Below are positions 28,653 to 39,735 of a stretch of DNA of 64,000 nucleotides, in pieces; within the stretch, counting starts at the first letter, position 1; every line of letters starts with the position of its first letter. The position numbers and the translations under genes are program-made. The DNA comes from Thermodesulfovibrionales bacterium (GTDB lineage Bacteria; Nitrospirota; Thermodesulfovibrionia; Thermodesulfovibrionales; SM23-35): positions 92,246-156,245 of the forward strand of contig CAVSHJ010000005.1 in NCBI GenBank assembly GCA_963727725.1, in the 5' to 3' direction. Below the pieces are notes generated by a model that saw only the letters and a program-made list of their open reading frames with translations, ran no database searches and was not told where the DNA came from.

Positions 28653-29428
28653 TGAGAATAGAAGACATCAGGGCAAGGGTAAAGGGACGGATCGGAAAAG
28701 AGATATTCTTTTATGAGACGGTAGGTTCGACAAATACCGTAGCTGCCGAGCTCGCTGAGAAGACCCGGGAAGGCGCGGTTATTCTCGCCGACTACCAGCA
28801 AAAAGGCAGGGGAAGACTCGGCAGGCTCTGGCTGTCACCCCGGGGTATAAACATATATATGAGTATCATCCTCAGGCCCTATATGGAGCCGAAGGATACG
28901 ACCCTCATAACGTTAATGGCCGCTGTGGCCTGCGCGCTCGCACTCAGAAGTGTAACCGGTATCTCAACTACGATAAAATGGCCAAACGACCTGATGGTCT
29001 CCGACAGAAAGATAGGCGGGATTCTTACAGAAATGAAAACGGCCCGGGAAAAAATAATTTCGGTGGTCATAGGAATAGGAATAAACGTAAACGGAGATCC
29101 GGATTCATTTCCGGAGGAGATAAGGGGAATAGCGACATCAGTGAAAAATGAAACGGGTAAGCCCTTTTCACGGGAGAGAATTATTGCAGAAATCCTCAAT
29201 GAAATGAACAGGTGGTACCCCCTGATTAAAGGGACCTCCAGAGAGGCGCTCCTCTCGGAATGGAAACATCTCACGTCCACTATTGGCAAAGAAGTCATGG
29301 TCATCGTCGGGCAGGAAACGTTCTCAGGTTACGCCGAATCCATAGACAATGAGGGGCTGCTCCTTTTAAGGCTCCCGTCCGGGGAACTGAAGAGTATAAG
29401 TTCAGGGGACCTGACAATACTGAGATAG
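28652..29428 (+). CDS. birA: Biotin-[acetyl-CoA-carboxylase] ligase (class I, no HTH)
   Basis: GRGRLGRLWLSP motif. 258 aa with no N-terminal DNA-binding domain. Confidence 0.92.
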   Translation: MRIEDIRARVKGRIGKEIFFYETVGSTNTVAAELAEKTREGAVILADYQQKGRGRLGRLWLSPRGINIYMSIILRPYMEPKDTTLITLMAAVACALALRSVTGISTTIKWPNDLMVSDRKIGGILTEMKTAREKIISVVIGIGINVNGDPDSFPEEIRGIATSVKNETGKPFSRERIIAEILNEMNRWYPLIKGTSREALLSEWKHLTSTIGKEVMVIVGQETFSGYAESIDNEGLLLLRLPSGELKSISSGDLTILR

Positions 29429-30193
29429 ATGCTGATCGCGATAGATATTGGTAACTCATCGGTAAATATAGGTTTTTTTACCTCGGCCGGCCTTTTTGTG
29501 CAAAGAATTGACGCCTATCCCCTTTTGTCTCAACGGGAATATCTGGCTCTTATTAATAGATTTATAAAAGAAAAAAATATAGACAAAACGCCGGAAGGAA
29601 TTATAATATCTTCTGTCGTGCCGGGCCATACCCGGGTCCTTCGAAAAGCCGCGGAAGGACTGATATCCAGGGGTGCGATGATTCTAAGCCACAAGACGAA
29701 GACAGGCCTTACCTTTGATGTCCGGCACCCTGAGAAAGTGGGCCCGGACAGAATTGCAAATGCGGTTGCCGCATATGAATTGTATAAATGTCCGGTGGCA
29801 GTTGCGGATCTCGGAACTGCGACGACAGTGAGCATAGTAGGGAAAGACGCAGTCTTTCTCGGAGGCACGATAATGCCGGGAATAAAACTGATGAACGAAT
29901 CACTCGCGAGAGGCACTGCAATGCTCTTTCAAGTCCCGCTCAGAACGCCGGGACCGGCTTTGGGAAAGGATACGACAGCAAATATTCAGTCGGGCTTATT
30001 CTACGGTACGGCAGGCGCTGTGGAGAAGATCATTGGGGAAATAGAGAAAGAGCGTGGGTTTAAGCTGAAAGTTGTCGTCACCGGCGGGTACGGTGCACTG
30101 GTTTCAAATCTCCTGAAGAAAAGGCACAAATTGAAGCCTCATCTGACACTCGAGGGATTAGAGATCATATATAAGAGGAACCTGGATGCATGA
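29429..30193 (+). CDS. coaX: Type III pantothenate kinase
   Basis: MLIAIDIGNS N-terminus and an ASKHA fold. birA-coaX adjacency. Confidence 0.93.
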   Translation: MLIAIDIGNSSVNIGFFTSAGLFVQRIDAYPLLSQREYLALINRFIKEKNIDKTPEGIIISSVVPGHTRVLRKAAEGLISRGAMILSHKTKTGLTFDVRHPEKVGPDRIANAVAAYELYKCPVAVADLGTATTVSIVGKDAVFLGGTIMPGIKLMNESLARGTAMLFQVPLRTPGPALGKDTTANIQSGLFYGTAGAVEKIIGEIEKERGFKLKVVVTGGYGALVSNLLKKRHKLKPHLTLEGLEIIYKRNLDA

Positions 30194-31190
30194 ACTGAGG
30201 AAAGACATCCTGCTCGGCAGATGGGTCGAGGTCCTTTCGGAATCTCAGGCGCCTTCAGATTATCAAATACCTTCTCAAGACGGAGAAGGGGGAAGCGGCT
30301 GCGTTCTCTGTCCCGGCAGAGAACATGATACCCCGCCGGAAATAACTTCGATAAGAACGCCGGGTACGACAAAATGGTGGGCAAGGGTCCTGCCGAGTTT
30401 CAGACCCATGTTCCAGATAGAAGGGGATTTGGGAAGAAGGGGAGTAGGAATCTACGACAGGATGAACAGCATCGGCGCCAACGAAATTATTGTCGAATCC
30501 CCGGAACATAATCTGAGGCCTGAGGACATAGGGCTCGAACAGATGATCCGGGTGATAACCCTTTACAGAAACCGCGTTGCCGACCTTCAGAAGGACTCAC
30601 GGCTGAGATATATTCTTATTTACAAGGACTCTGGAAAAGATGCCGGTGAGATCTTTTCACATCCGGTATCATTTCTGATGGCGACACCCGTAATCCCGAT
30701 GGTGGTCAAGGACGAGCTGGACAACGCAAAACAGTATTTTGCCTATAAAGAGCGGTGCATATTCTGTGATATAATTAGGGAAGAACTGGGAGTTGGCGAA
30801 AGGATAATCCTTGAGACAAGAAACTTTGTCGCCTTTTGCCCGTATGCGGCTCAGTTGCCGTTTGAATCGTGGATAATCCCGAAAAGGCATTCTTGTGCTT
30901 TCCATGAGATAACATATGATGAGATTGAGGATATGGGGCTCATACTCATGTCAGTGCTGAAAAAGCTGAGAAAGATATTCAATGAACCACCTTTCAACTA
31001 CTTTATTCACACGGCCCCGAATATGGTACCGAGGAGAAATCACTGGCATACTCTCGGAGAAGACTTCCACTGGCATCTTGAGATCATACCGCGGATCATA
31101 AGGACAAGCGGTTTCGAATGGGGTTCGGGATTCTATATCCTGCCCACATCACCTGAAAATGCCGCAAAATATCTAAGGGAGGTTGGATAA
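30186..31190 (+). CDS. Galactose-1-phosphate uridylyltransferase-family (HIT-like nucleotidyltransferase/phosphorylase)
   Basis: CVLCPGRE zinc site, a two-half HIT-like layout, and HWHLEIIPR. Confidence 0.75.
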   Translation: MHELRKDILLGRWVEVLSESQAPSDYQIPSQDGEGGSGCVLCPGREHDTPPEITSIRTPGTTKWWARVLPSFRPMFQIEGDLGRRGVGIYDRMNSIGANEIIVESPEHNLRPEDIGLEQMIRVITLYRNRVADLQKDSRLRYILIYKDSGKDAGEIFSHPVSFLMATPVIPMVVKDELDNAKQYFAYKERCIFCDIIREELGVGERIILETRNFVAFCPYAAQLPFESWIIPKRHSCAFHEITYDEIEDMGLILMSVLKKLRKIFNEPPFNYFIHTAPNMVPRRNHWHTLGEDFHWHLEIIPRIIRTSGFEWGSGFYILPTSPENAAKYLREVG

Positions 31191-31636
31191 TGGAGATCAA
31201 GAGTATTCTTTTCCCGACAGATTTTTCTGAGGGGTCGGCTCAGGCGCTGCAGTACGCTGTGGATATGTCGAAACGATACGGGGCGAAGCTTTATGTTATT
31301 CACGTGATCTATGATATCGCTAAGGCCACAGGATGGTATGTCCCGCATGTCTCGATGGACGAGATGTATAAGGACATACAGGAAGGGGCGAAAAAGGAGC
31401 TCGAAAGGTTCGGGGTCGAGGAACTCGCCGGAGTAAAGAATGTGGAACGCAAAGTCATGACCGGCGTCCCCCATGAGGAAATTATAAATTTTGTGAGTGC
31501 CAACAAGATAGACCTCATAATCATGGGCACTCACGGAAGAAAAGGAATCGACAAGATACTTTTCGGAAGTACCGCTGCACAGGTGGTAAGACATGCCCCG
31601 TGTCCGGTGCTTACGGTAAGACTTCCGGTATATTAG
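31190..31636 (+). CDS. uspA: Universal stress protein
   Basis: ILFPTDFSE...GSTAAQVVRHAPCPVLTV. Confidence 0.92.
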   Translation: MEIKSILFPTDFSEGSAQALQYAVDMSKRYGAKLYVIHVIYDIAKATGWYVPHVSMDEMYKDIQEGAKKELERFGVEELAGVKNVERKVMTGVPHEEIINFVSANKIDLIIMGTHGRKGIDKILFGSTAAQVVRHAPCPVLTVRLPVY

Positions 31637-31645
31637 GATGGACTT

Positions 31646-32152
31646 ATGCGCGTATACCTCTCCGAGAACGCATTCATAGATCTTCTCCTCAGCTCTGCGG
31701 AGGTATATAAGAAGGAATGCTTCGGCTTCCTCCTCGGATATAAACTTGAAGACAGGTTTATAGTTGAGCATGCCTTCAGCGTCCAGACGGCAACCAGGCG
31801 GCATAAGGGAGTCGAATACAACCGTAAGAACCACAGGAAGATAGAGCCGATACTCGCGCGGTTCAGCAAGTTACAGAAGATAGGCGATTTCCATTCCCAC
31901 ACGCAGTTCGGACCTACAAAAGGACTTCCCATACCGAGTGACGAGGATGTACACAGTATGGCGCCGGAACATATTTACCTGATCGTCGCGATAAACAATA
32001 ACGAAAAGACACTGTCCTGGGGCGAAAACAGGGACGGTACAATATCGGGATCGGTCAGTGATTTCTTTTTCAAGATATCAGCCCATTTTCTTAACGGAGA
32101 TGTTTCTGTAAAAAAAGCAAAAATACACTGTCCCTTTCCGCCGGGGTTCTGA
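31646..32152 (+). CDS. JAB/MPN (JAMM) domain metalloprotease-like protein
   Basis: ECFGFLLG glutamate plus HSHT...PSDEDV (H-x-H...S-x-x-D). Confidence 0.7.
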   Translation: MRVYLSENAFIDLLLSSAEVYKKECFGFLLGYKLEDRFIVEHAFSVQTATRRHKGVEYNRKNHRKIEPILARFSKLQKIGDFHSHTQFGPTKGLPIPSDEDVHSMAPEHIYLIVAINNNEKTLSWGENRDGTISGSVSDFFFKISAHFLNGDVSVKKAKIHCPFPPGF

Positions 32153-32267
32153 ATCCAAGAAAAATCGGGGAATGGGAGAAACGGTGAAGAATATGTCTTA
32201 TATCACCGGGACTCCGATTCCCCTTTTGTTTTACCCGGCCCGGCAAATACCGCTATTGTGGTAGAAG

Positions 32268-33361
32268 ATGAGACTAAGCACTAAAGTTCTTGTGATAGGC
32301 GGCGGCCCCGCGGGTGCCACGGCTGCGGCGTGTCTCGCCGAACGTGGTCTGGACGTGATACTCCTTGAAAAAAACCCCTCCTTCGTGAAACCCTGTGGCG
32401 GAGGGCTCTCCCTCAGTGCCTTTGATAAACTCCATATCCCCGAGACGGTCATAAGAAAAAAAGTTAACGGCATAAGGATCGTTTCGCCGAAAGGAAAAAC
32501 GCTTGATATAGACTTGAAAGGTGGGGGCTTGGCAATCGTTCAGCGGGGAGATTTTGACAGGGTCCTCAGAAAGAAGGCGGAAGACCGCGGGGCGAGAGTA
32601 ATCAAAGGGGAATTTCTCACAATTCTGGATGATAGAAAATGCAGGGTTGAGGCAAATCTCGACGGGGAAAAATGTGAGGTAGTCCTCGGAATATATTATC
32701 GCCTCTGACGGGGTCAACTCGAAGGTCAGGGCAGCCCTGGGAATAAGATCCTCTCCTTCCCTTTTCACGATCTCCGAACAGATAAAGGATTTGAACGTCG
32801 ATTCCTGCGAATTCTGGTTTGGTTCATCCCATGCTCCTTTTTCATATTCATGGGTATTTCCCTCAACAGAGGGAATTTCGGCAGGCACCGGCTGTTTCAT
32901 GGCAGGAACAATCAATGCCTTATTTGAGAAGTTCAAGGCAGAGAAGGGGAATTACTGGGACAGGACAGCAGTGGGTATACAGAGTACCACTGTGGAAGGG
33001 TGATTTGTATAATAAGAATATGGTCATTTTTGCGGGCGATTCGGCCGGCCAGGTGCTGCCCCTTACTTACGAAGGCATATATTATGCGATGAGAGCCGGA
33101 GAGTTTGCTGCAATGGCTATACTGGAAGAGAGTGTGGATAATTACAGGAAAAAGTGGCAGGCAAGGTTTCAGAAAAGGTTCAGCCTTATGGCCAAACTCG
33201 GAAATTATTTTCTGAAGGACGACGCATCTGCCGAAAAACTTGTGTCTCTGCATAGAAGGCCCGAGATTCAAAAAGCATCTCTAAGGTTGTGGCTCGGAAA
33301 AGACAGCAGCAGGAAAGGCCTGGCAAGTTACATAGACCTGTTCGGGAAATTCTTGAGTTGA
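32268..33361 (+). pseudogene. Geranylgeranyl reductase-family FAD oxidoreductase, interrupted by two +1 frameshifts
   Basis: Homology runs through three frames. Frame a: VLVIGGGPAG...KPCGGG. Frame b: EYIIASDGVNSKVRAALG...FPSTEGISAGTG. Frame c: VYRVPLWKG...FAGDSAGQVLPLTYEGIYYAM. The shifts fall near 32672-32706 and near 32965. Confidence 0.8.
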
Positions 33362-34212
33362 ACCTGAAGAGATTCTTTCTTTATTCTTCCGTAGTACACG
33401 TGTTAGTTATTGCCGCGCTAATATTCCTCGTTCATCCGGCAAAAGAGAAGAAGACCGGAGGTGAATTCTATACCAGCCTGGTTTCTCCCGAGGAACTCCT
33501 GCCGCCCAGGCCAGTAACTCCGCCTCCCCCCGGAATAAGGTCAATGCCGGGGAGAAGATCTGTCCCATCCCGCCCATCCGCAAGAATCAGGCCTGCGCCG
33601 TCAAGACCCCAAGCACCTGCCCCGCCGGAAGTCACCGGGACTGAACCTCTCGCAGGAGGCAATGAGAATGTCCTGCCGGAAAGGGGGACGCCTTCGCCCC
33701 GGCCTCCGTCAGCTCCTTCAAGCCCGGAATCGGAGGGTGGCCCCAAAAACAACACAGGTGAGGGACAGAAACAAGCCGGGCCGGCGCCTTCATTAAGAGA
33801 AAGACTGTTTGATAGAAATATCATCGGCGATCTTGCAAAAAGAGACGTCGCAAAGGAAGAAGAAAAGGAAAAAAAGGACAAAAACTTCACCTTTGATGCC
33901 AGCGAATACAGATTCCTCTTATACAACACCCGGTTAAAAGAGCGGATAGAGAGTATCTGGGTTTATCCTCCATATGAGGCAGAGCACGGGATTTACGGCG
34001 ACCTCCAGATACGGTTCACTATAAAGAAAAACGGGCAGCTCGGTTCTGTCGAACTTTTGAGGACATCCGGCTTCAAGAGTCTCGATGATGCTGCGATAAA
34101 GGCATTAAGAGACGCCGCTCCTTACTGGCCTCTGCCTGATAAATGGGGGATGGAAGCATATACAATAGAAGGCCATTTTATTTATACTATTTATGGGTAT
34201 TTCATACGATAG
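33289..34212 (+). CDS. TonB-like energy transducer
   Basis: N-terminal TM, a Pro-rich spacer, and a TonB_C-like YPPYEAEHGIYGDLQIRFTIKKNGQLGSVELLRTSGFKSLDDAA. Start is uncertain (GTG at 33289 or TTG at 33358). Confidence 0.8.
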   Translation: MARKRQQQERPGKLHRPVREILELNLKRFFLYSSVVHVLVIAALIFLVHPAKEKKTGGEFYTSLVSPEELLPPRPVTPPPPGIRSMPGRRSVPSRPSARIRPAPSRPQAPAPPEVTGTEPLAGGNENVLPERGTPSPRPPSAPSSPESEGGPKNNTGEGQKQAGPAPSLRERLFDRNIIGDLAKRDVAKEEEKEKKDKNFTFDASEYRFLLYNTRLKERIESIWVYPPYEAEHGIYGDLQIRFTIKKNGQLGSVELLRTSGFKSLDDAAIKALRDAAPYWPLPDKWGMEAYTIEGHFIYTIYGYFIR

Positions 34213-34244
34213 GCGTGGTTCTGCAGCCCGAATTGGAGCAAAAA

Positions 34245-34463
34245 GTGAAGCCAAGACTTTACCTGAGAGTAGGAGACGTGGTGAGACACCGGCATCATCA
34301 CGCATGGGGCTCAGGAGAGGTGGTCGAAGAGAGACACTCCGTCCTGCCGGGCGGGATATGTCTCGTCAGAATAGTTTTCGAGGACGGGATAGAAAGGTCC
34401 TTTATCAATGATCTCAATCACGAGTGCTGCTGCTATTATGCAGGCCTCAGAACCGAATTTTAA
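34245..34463 (+). CDS. Small conserved-looking protein (DUF3553-like?)
   Basis: GGAG SD 6 nt before the GTG at 34245. The GDVVRHRHHHAWGSGEVV pattern resembles small SH3-like DUF3553 proteins. The assignment is weak. Confidence 0.4.
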   Translation: MKPRLYLRVGDVVRHRHHHAWGSGEVVEERHSVLPGGICLVRIVFEDGIERSFINDLNHECCCYYAGLRTEF

Positions 34464-34575
34464 GAACAAGGTTAAGTTTTTAATGTAACACTCTATTATA
34501 AAAGAATTTTCTTGACAAAATACCCATTCAATGCTTTAATCTCTCTAGATGGGTCCTTTTACATGTCTTATTGAA

Positions 34576-35553
34576 ATGGAGACGCCCTCCATTCTGGTTG
34601 TCGATGACGTATCATCGAACCTTGAACTGATGGAGGCGGTTTTCATGAAAGAGGGGTTCAGGGTCTATACAGCTCTGGGAGCAGACGCTGCAATCGACCT
34701 CTTCATGAGTCACTCAATCGATCTTGCCGTACTGGATGTCATGATGCCCGGGGTGGACGGCTTTGACTTATGCACCAGGCTCAAGGACATATCGGGGAGA
34801 AGGTTTTTCCCTGTTATACTCCTGACAGCCCTGACCGACAGACAAAGCAAAATAAAAGGCATAGCGTCAGGGGCGGACGATTTCATCAGTAAACCCTTCG
34901 ATAATTCGGAACTCATGATGAAAATAAGGTCCTTGCTGAAACTCAAGAGGCTGAACGAAGAACTTGACCATTCAGAAAATATTATCCTCACACTTGCAGT
35001 CGCAATGGAAGCGAGAGACCCTTATACAAAAGGGCATTCGACGCGTGTAAGTAAGCTCTCGGTGGATTTTGTGTCCTTCCTCGGCCTTCCTGAAACAGAC
35101 CGCAAGGAAATGAAAAAAGCTGGCATACTTCATGACATAGGAAAGATCTGCCTCAGTGAGTCTTTGCTCAGAAAACCGGGCACCTTGACAAGGGAAGAAG
35201 TTGAAATGATCAAGACACACGCCGTGCTCGGTGAAGAGTTATGCCGGCCCCTCGTGTCGATGAGGAAGATCCTTCCTTCCATACGTCATCACCATGAAAG
35301 ATGGGACGGCCTGGGATTTCCGGACGGACTTGGAAAAGACGAGATTCCACTTATGGCAAGAATACTGGCTATCGTAGATTCCTTTGATGCCATGGTCTCG
35401 GTACGTCCATACCGTGATCGCAGGTCTGTGGGCGTCACCCTTGAAACGATGAAATCAGAACAATATGATGGCCAGTGGGATTCAGAATTGCTGAGATATT
35501 TCCTCGATATGATGTGGGCTGTGGCTGAAAAAGGTTATATGGCAGATGCTTAG
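34576..35553 (+). CDS. Response regulator with HD-GYP phosphodiesterase domain
   Basis: REC domain (LVVDD...[10 protein letters not shown]), HDIGK, and [14 protein letters not shown], where GFP replaces GYP. Confidence 0.9.
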   Translation: METPSILVVDDVSSNLELMEAVFMKEGFRVYTALGADAAIDLFMSHSIDLAVLDVMMPGVDGFDLCTRLKDISGRRFFPVILLTALTDRQSKIKGIASGADDFISKPFDNSELMMKIRSLLKLKRLNEELDHSENIILTLAVAMEARDPYTKGHSTRVSKLSVDFVSFLGLPETDRKEMKKAGILHDIGKICLSESLLRKPGTLTREEVEMIKTHAVLGEELCRPLVSMRKILPSIRHHHERWDGLGFPDGLGKDEIPLMARILAIVDSFDAMVSVRPYRDRRSVGVTLETMKSEQYDGQWDSELLRYFLDMMWAVAEKGYMADA

Positions 35554-38500
35554 GATCGCCATCGCAGGCGGAAACATAGGCGCCAGCGCTCTCATCTCCC
35601 TTCTCCGGGGAGACACGAACACAGAGCTCGTAGGAATTTTCGAAAAGAAACAGGATTCTCCCGGTGTAATTCTCGCAAGGAAATGGAATATACCCGTATT
35701 TGATGAGGTAAAGTCACTCTGCGCTTCCAACCCGGAAATGGTCATCAATGTAACGGGAGACTATGCTTTCAGCAACGAGATACGTGAAGTCTCCGGGAAC
35801 CGGATAGAGGTAATAGAAGGGACGGGGGCACGGCTCCTCTGGGAGATCATCGAAAAACAAAAGAGGGCGAGGCTGGAGACTTTCAAGACAATAGAAAACC
35901 AGAAAACTATTTTCAGCCTGATGTCGAGGCTCGTCGGGGTTCAGGATAATCTGAACGACTTTCTGGAACTCGTACTCGAAAAGGCCCTTGAGATCACAGA
36001 ATCTCCCGCGGGCAGCATCGCAACTTATGAGAACGGTGTGATGGGCTTTGCCGTGTCAAAAGGGTTGAGCAAAACGTTTACGGAGAACAGGTCCTGGAAT
36101 GTTATGCCCGGCGGGCTTACGGATTTAGTCCTCCGTAACAGGGAGATTGTTTCGATCGGCGATACGGTAAGAGCGGATTATACAAGAAACAACCCGGCCT
36201 TATTAAGTGAGAAGATCAGGGCGCTCATCGCCTGCCCCATACTGTCAGGGGACGAGGTTGCCGGAATTCTTTACATAGACGACTTTAAGCCAAGACAATT
36301 CTCCGACAGGCAAAAGGCATCTCTGAACCTGCTGTCAGGCCTCACAGGTATTTCTTTCGAGAGATTTGCGTTAGTAAAGAGGATGGAAGACCTGAGACTC
36401 GAGTCTTTTCACCTTATGGAAGCCTCGCGTGAAATGGTCCTGATAACGGACCTCGCCGGCCTGATAACTGTTTTCAACGAGCAGGCGGCGACTATACTCG
36501 GTTATTCCGGTCAGTATCTCGCGGGCCGCAATATCAGTGTACTCATAAGGAACACCGACTGGCGAACAGTGAAGAACGAGCTTGACACAAGATCTGTTCT
36601 CAGTAATCATGCTGTCAGCCTCTATGGGTCAGGCGGCAGGGAGATCGATGCCATTTTGAATGCCCTTGTGCTTAAGGACTCGGAAGGAAAACCGGCGGGC
36701 CTCATCTTTATTCTTAAGAGCTTGAAAGAAGAGAGAGACCTGAAGAAGGCGATTGAAGAAAAAACAAAGGAGATCGAGGACCTCAAAAGGAATCTCGAGA
36801 AAAAGGTACTGCAAAGGACGGAGGAACTCGGCAAGATAAACAGGGAACTCGAGTACGCCAACCAGTTGAAAAGCAGGTTCATCGCAAATATGAGCCATGA
36901 ACTGCGGACTCCGTTGAATTCGATCATCGGCTTTTCCGATGTGCTCCTCGACAGCACTTTCGGCGCCCTTTCCGAAAATCAGGAGCGTTATATCAGGAAT
37001 ATATATTCCTCGGGGAGACATCTGCTTGAACTCATAAACAATGTCCTCGATATCGCCAAGATAGAGGCCGGCAAGTATGAAATGGTATACGAGACATTTC
37101 TGGTTGACGACATAATAGGCGAGGTGATAAATATCATGAAGACCCTCGCCGAGAATAAATTCATAGAAATTATGGCTTCGATCGGTGAAGGCATTACCAC
37201 GATAACCGCGGACAGGGTGAAACTGAAACAGATACTGTATAACCTTCTTTCGAATGCAATAAAGTTCACCCCCGAGGGCGGCATGGTGAAGGTAGATATT
37301 GCGAGGGGGCGGAATTTCGACAAACCTCATGCACGGCCGGCAACCGATCTCGAATTTATCAGGTTCTCGGTCTCGGACACCGGTATAGGCATCAGCCCTG
37401 AAGACAAGGAAAGGATATTCGACGAGTTCGAGCAGGCAAACGCCTCACTTTCGAACAGGTACGGAGGCGTGGGTCTCGGTCTTGCGCTCACAAAAAAGCT
37501 GGTCGAATTGCACGGGGGAGACATAACAGTCGAAAGTAATCTCGGCGAAGGAAGTACGTTCATATTCGGGATACCGGTCACGTCGCCGGTTGCAGAGGCG
37601 GCGGGCACAGAGAACATTGAAGCGGTAAGTCTCAATTTTCCGTGGATGAAAGAAGAAGCGCCCCTCATTCTTGTTGTCGAAGATGACTTTGCCACCGCGG
37701 AGCTTCTTACCCTCCATCTGACACAGGCGGGATATAAGGTCGCCCATGCATTTAACGGCGAAGAAGCCCTGGAAAAAGCGAGAGACCTCCAGCCTTTTGC
37801 GATAACGCTGGATGTTCTGCTCCCCAAAAAAGACGGGTGGGAGGTATTGCAGGAGCTGAAGAGCGACTCAAAAACGGCAGAGATACCCGTAATCATACAT
37901 TCCATAGTCGACAATAAGGACCTTGCCTTTGCACTCGGTGCGACAGACTATCTCATGAAGCCCCTTGATAAGGAAGCACTTCTTTCAAAGCTTGAAGAGA
38001 TAACCATCGCCAGAGGGAAAAGGGTAATGCCGATCTCCGTATTGATTATAGAATCAGAAGATGATGTGACGAACTATCTGAAGGAGATTTTTGAGCCGCA
38101 GGGTTTTCTCATTTATACGGCGCCGAGTGGAAAGAGGGGGATAGAACTCGCGTCAGCGCTGAGACCCGCAGTAATACTTCTTAATTTCACTCTGCCGGAC
38201 ATGATAGGGTTCGATGTGATAAAAGGCGTAAAGGAGAACCCTTCAACAAAAGATATCCCCATATTCATCCTCACGGAAAGAGATATCTCTGTTGAGGACA
38301 GGATAGCCCTCGTGGGAAAGATTGAGAGAATCGTCCAGAAGTATAATTTTGACACAAAGGAACTGATCGGGCATATCAAGGAACTCGAACTGCTGTACCC
38401 GAAGAGGGCCGGGTTGATAGATGATCTCACAGGGGTATTCAGCCATAGGTATTTTCAGATAAGGCTCGCCCAGGAGGTTGAAAGGGCGACAAGGTATAAG

Positions 38501-38938
38501 CTTCCCCTCAACCTGCTTCTTCTGGACCTGGATTTCTTCAGCCGGTACCTGAAGACGCATGGAGAATATTATGGCAACATCACTCTGAAGAAGGTCGCCG
38601 AACTGCTCAGAAAAAACATAAGGGGCTCCGACGTGGTCGTGCGTTACGGAGGGGATTCCTTTGCTATCATACTCCCCAATACCGTTGTCACCGCGGCCCT
38701 TTCCATGAGTAACAGGTTCAATGCGATCATAAAGAACTACCCCTTCATTTTTGAGGATTCCCAGCCCACAGGTCATATAACTGCAAGCATCGGCCTCACC
38801 TTCCTTGACGGTCAGGCGACGGAAGAATTCGTCTTGTGTGCGGAAAAAGCTTTGGCGCACGCCTTCCAGAAGGGAGGAGACAGGGTTGAAGTCTACTCCA
38901 GAGAACAGTATGAGAGAGAAGAAGTCGAGCAGCACTGA
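35546..38938 (+). CDS. Hybrid sensor histidine kinase: Rossmann-like N-domain, GAF, PAS, HisKA/HATPase, REC, pseudo-REC, degenerate GGDEF
   Basis: H-box [11 protein letters not shown] and G-box [22 protein letters not shown]1 has LDVLLP. REC2 has LLNFTLP, with Asn at the acceptor position. C-terminal [14 protein letters not shown]. Confidence 0.92.
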   Translation: MLRIAIAGGNIGASALISLLRGDTNTELVGIFEKKQDSPGVILARKWNIPVFDEVKSLCASNPEMVINVTGDYAFSNEIREVSGNRIEVIEGTGARLLWEIIEKQKRARLETFKTIENQKTIFSLMSRLVGVQDNLNDFLELVLEKALEITESPAGSIATYENGVMGFAVSKGLSKTFTENRSWNVMPGGLTDLVLRNREIVSIGDTVRADYTRNNPALLSEKIRALIACPILSGDEVAGILYIDDFKPRQFSDRQKASLNLLSGLTGISFERFALVKRMEDLRLESFHLMEASREMVLITDLAGLITVFNEQAATILGYSGQYLAGRNISVLIRNTDWRTVKNELDTRSVLSNHAVSLYGSGGREIDAILNALVLKDSEGKPAGLIFILKSLKEERDLKKAIEEKTKEIEDLKRNLEKKVLQRTEELGKINRELEYANQLKSRFIANMSHELRTPLNSIIGFSDVLLDSTFGALSENQERYIRNIYSSGRHLLELINNVLDIAKIEAGKYEMVYETFLVDDIIGEVINIMKTLAENKFIEIMASIGEGITTITADRVKLKQILYNLLSNAIKFTPEGGMVKVDIARGRNFDKPHARPATDLEFIRFSVSDTGIGISPEDKERIFDEFEQANASLSNRYGGVGLGLALTKKLVELHGGDITVESNLGEGSTFIFGIPVTSPVAEAAGTENIEAVSLNFPWMKEEAPLILVVEDDFATAELLTLHLTQAGYKVAHAFNGEEALEKARDLQPFAITLDVLLPKKDGWEVLQELKSDSKTAEIPVIIHSIVDNKDLAFALGATDYLMKPLDKEALLSKLEEITIARGKRVMPISVLIIESEDDVTNYLKEIFEPQGFLIYTAPSGKRGIELASALRPAVILLNFTLPDMIGFDVIKGVKENPSTKDIPIFILTERDISVEDRIALVGKIERIVQKYNFDTKELIGHIKELELLYPKRAGLIDDLTGVFSHRYFQIRLAQEVERATRYKLPLNLLLLDLDFFSRYLKTHGEYYGNITLKKVAELLRKNIRGSDVVVRYGGDSFAIILPNTVVTAALSMSNRFNAIIKNYPFIFEDSQPTGHITASIGLTFLDGQATEEFVLCAEKALAHAFQKGGDRVEVYSREQYEREEVEQH

Positions 38939-39410
38939 AGCTTTTTATGATACGTTCGAAAGTCCGGTGGGCAGACTTTACCTTGAGTTTACCGGGAAAG
39001 ACCTGGCCGGAATCCATTTCCGAAGGCCCGTGGGGATACCCAGAAAGGGACATGCGCCTTCCCTTCTCATGAAGGAACTCAGAGAGTATTTTGAAAAAGG
39101 CAGGGAAGAATTCACGCAGAGGATATCTTTTGCAACAGGCACTGAATTTGATAGAAAGGTATGGCTCGCCCTTAAGGAAATTCCCTATGGAGAGACCAGG
39201 ACATATAAATGGCTTGCTGAAAAAATCGGGAAACCGAATGCCTTCAGAGCTGTAGGCCAATCGCTCAGCAGGAACCCGATACCTGTCCTGCTGCCGTGCC
39301 ACCGTATTATCGAATCTGATGGATCACTCGGAGGATATTCGGGCGGGATAGATATAAAGAGAAGACTGCTTGAGATCGAATACTACAAAAAATTGGCCGG
39401 GAATGGATAG
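38910..39410 (+). CDS. ogt: Methylated-DNA-protein-cysteine methyltransferase
   Basis: YGETRTY...[22 protein letters not shown]. The ATG at 38910 overlaps the kinase 3' end by 29 nt. Confidence 0.92.
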   Translation: MREKKSSSTEAFYDTFESPVGRLYLEFTGKDLAGIHFRRPVGIPRKGHAPSLLMKELREYFEKGREEFTQRISFATGTEFDRKVWLALKEIPYGETRTYKWLAEKIGKPNAFRAVGQSLSRNPIPVLLPCHRIIESDGSLGGYSGGIDIKRRLLEIEYYKKLAGNG

Positions 39411-39723
39411 TCCCGGGATAGTCATTTTTGTTACCGCACCGAAAGAGGATGAGGCTGCAAAGATCGCACAGGCACTTGTCGAGGCCAGGCTTGCCGGGTG
39501 CGTCAATATAATCAGGAATGTCCGCTCGGTTTATCGCTGGCAGGATAAGATTGAAGACGATACCGAAGTCCTTATGATAGCGAAGACGCAAAGAGATCTT
39601 TTCGAATCCTTTATGAAGAAAGTGAAAGAACTCCACAGCTACGCAGTGCCTGAGATAATCGCTATGCCGATTGTCGAAGGATCAGAAGACTACCTCAAGT
39701 GGCTGAAGGAAGTCACGGACTGA
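39403..39723 (+). CDS. cutA: Divalent-cation tolerance protein CutA
   Basis: IVIFVTAP...LAGCVNI...SVYRWQDKIE. The start overlaps the ogt stop. Confidence 0.9.
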   Translation: MDSPGIVIFVTAPKEDEAAKIAQALVEARLAGCVNIIRNVRSVYRWQDKIEDDTEVLMIAKTQRDLFESFMKKVKELHSYAVPEIIAMPIVEGSEDYLKWLKEVTD

Positions 39724-39735
39724 TCAACGTCCAGT

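Noticed and set aside
32706-33003. Whether the TGA codons ending the reductase fragments (32706-32708 and 33001-33003) are selenocysteine codons, given the Sec machinery nearby.
   Set aside because: Homology resumes in a different reading frame after each stop. The breaks are therefore frameshifts, not UGA recoding. I saw no SECIS-like hairpin directly downstream.
38805-38909. Upstream extension of the ogt ORF (track start 38805), with similar over-long track starts at 27939, 39370, 52352, 48920, 46144 and 27143.
   Set aside because: The extensions overlap the preceding gene and lack an SD. Internal ATG or GTG codons with an SD, or with stop-start overlap, match the family N-termini.
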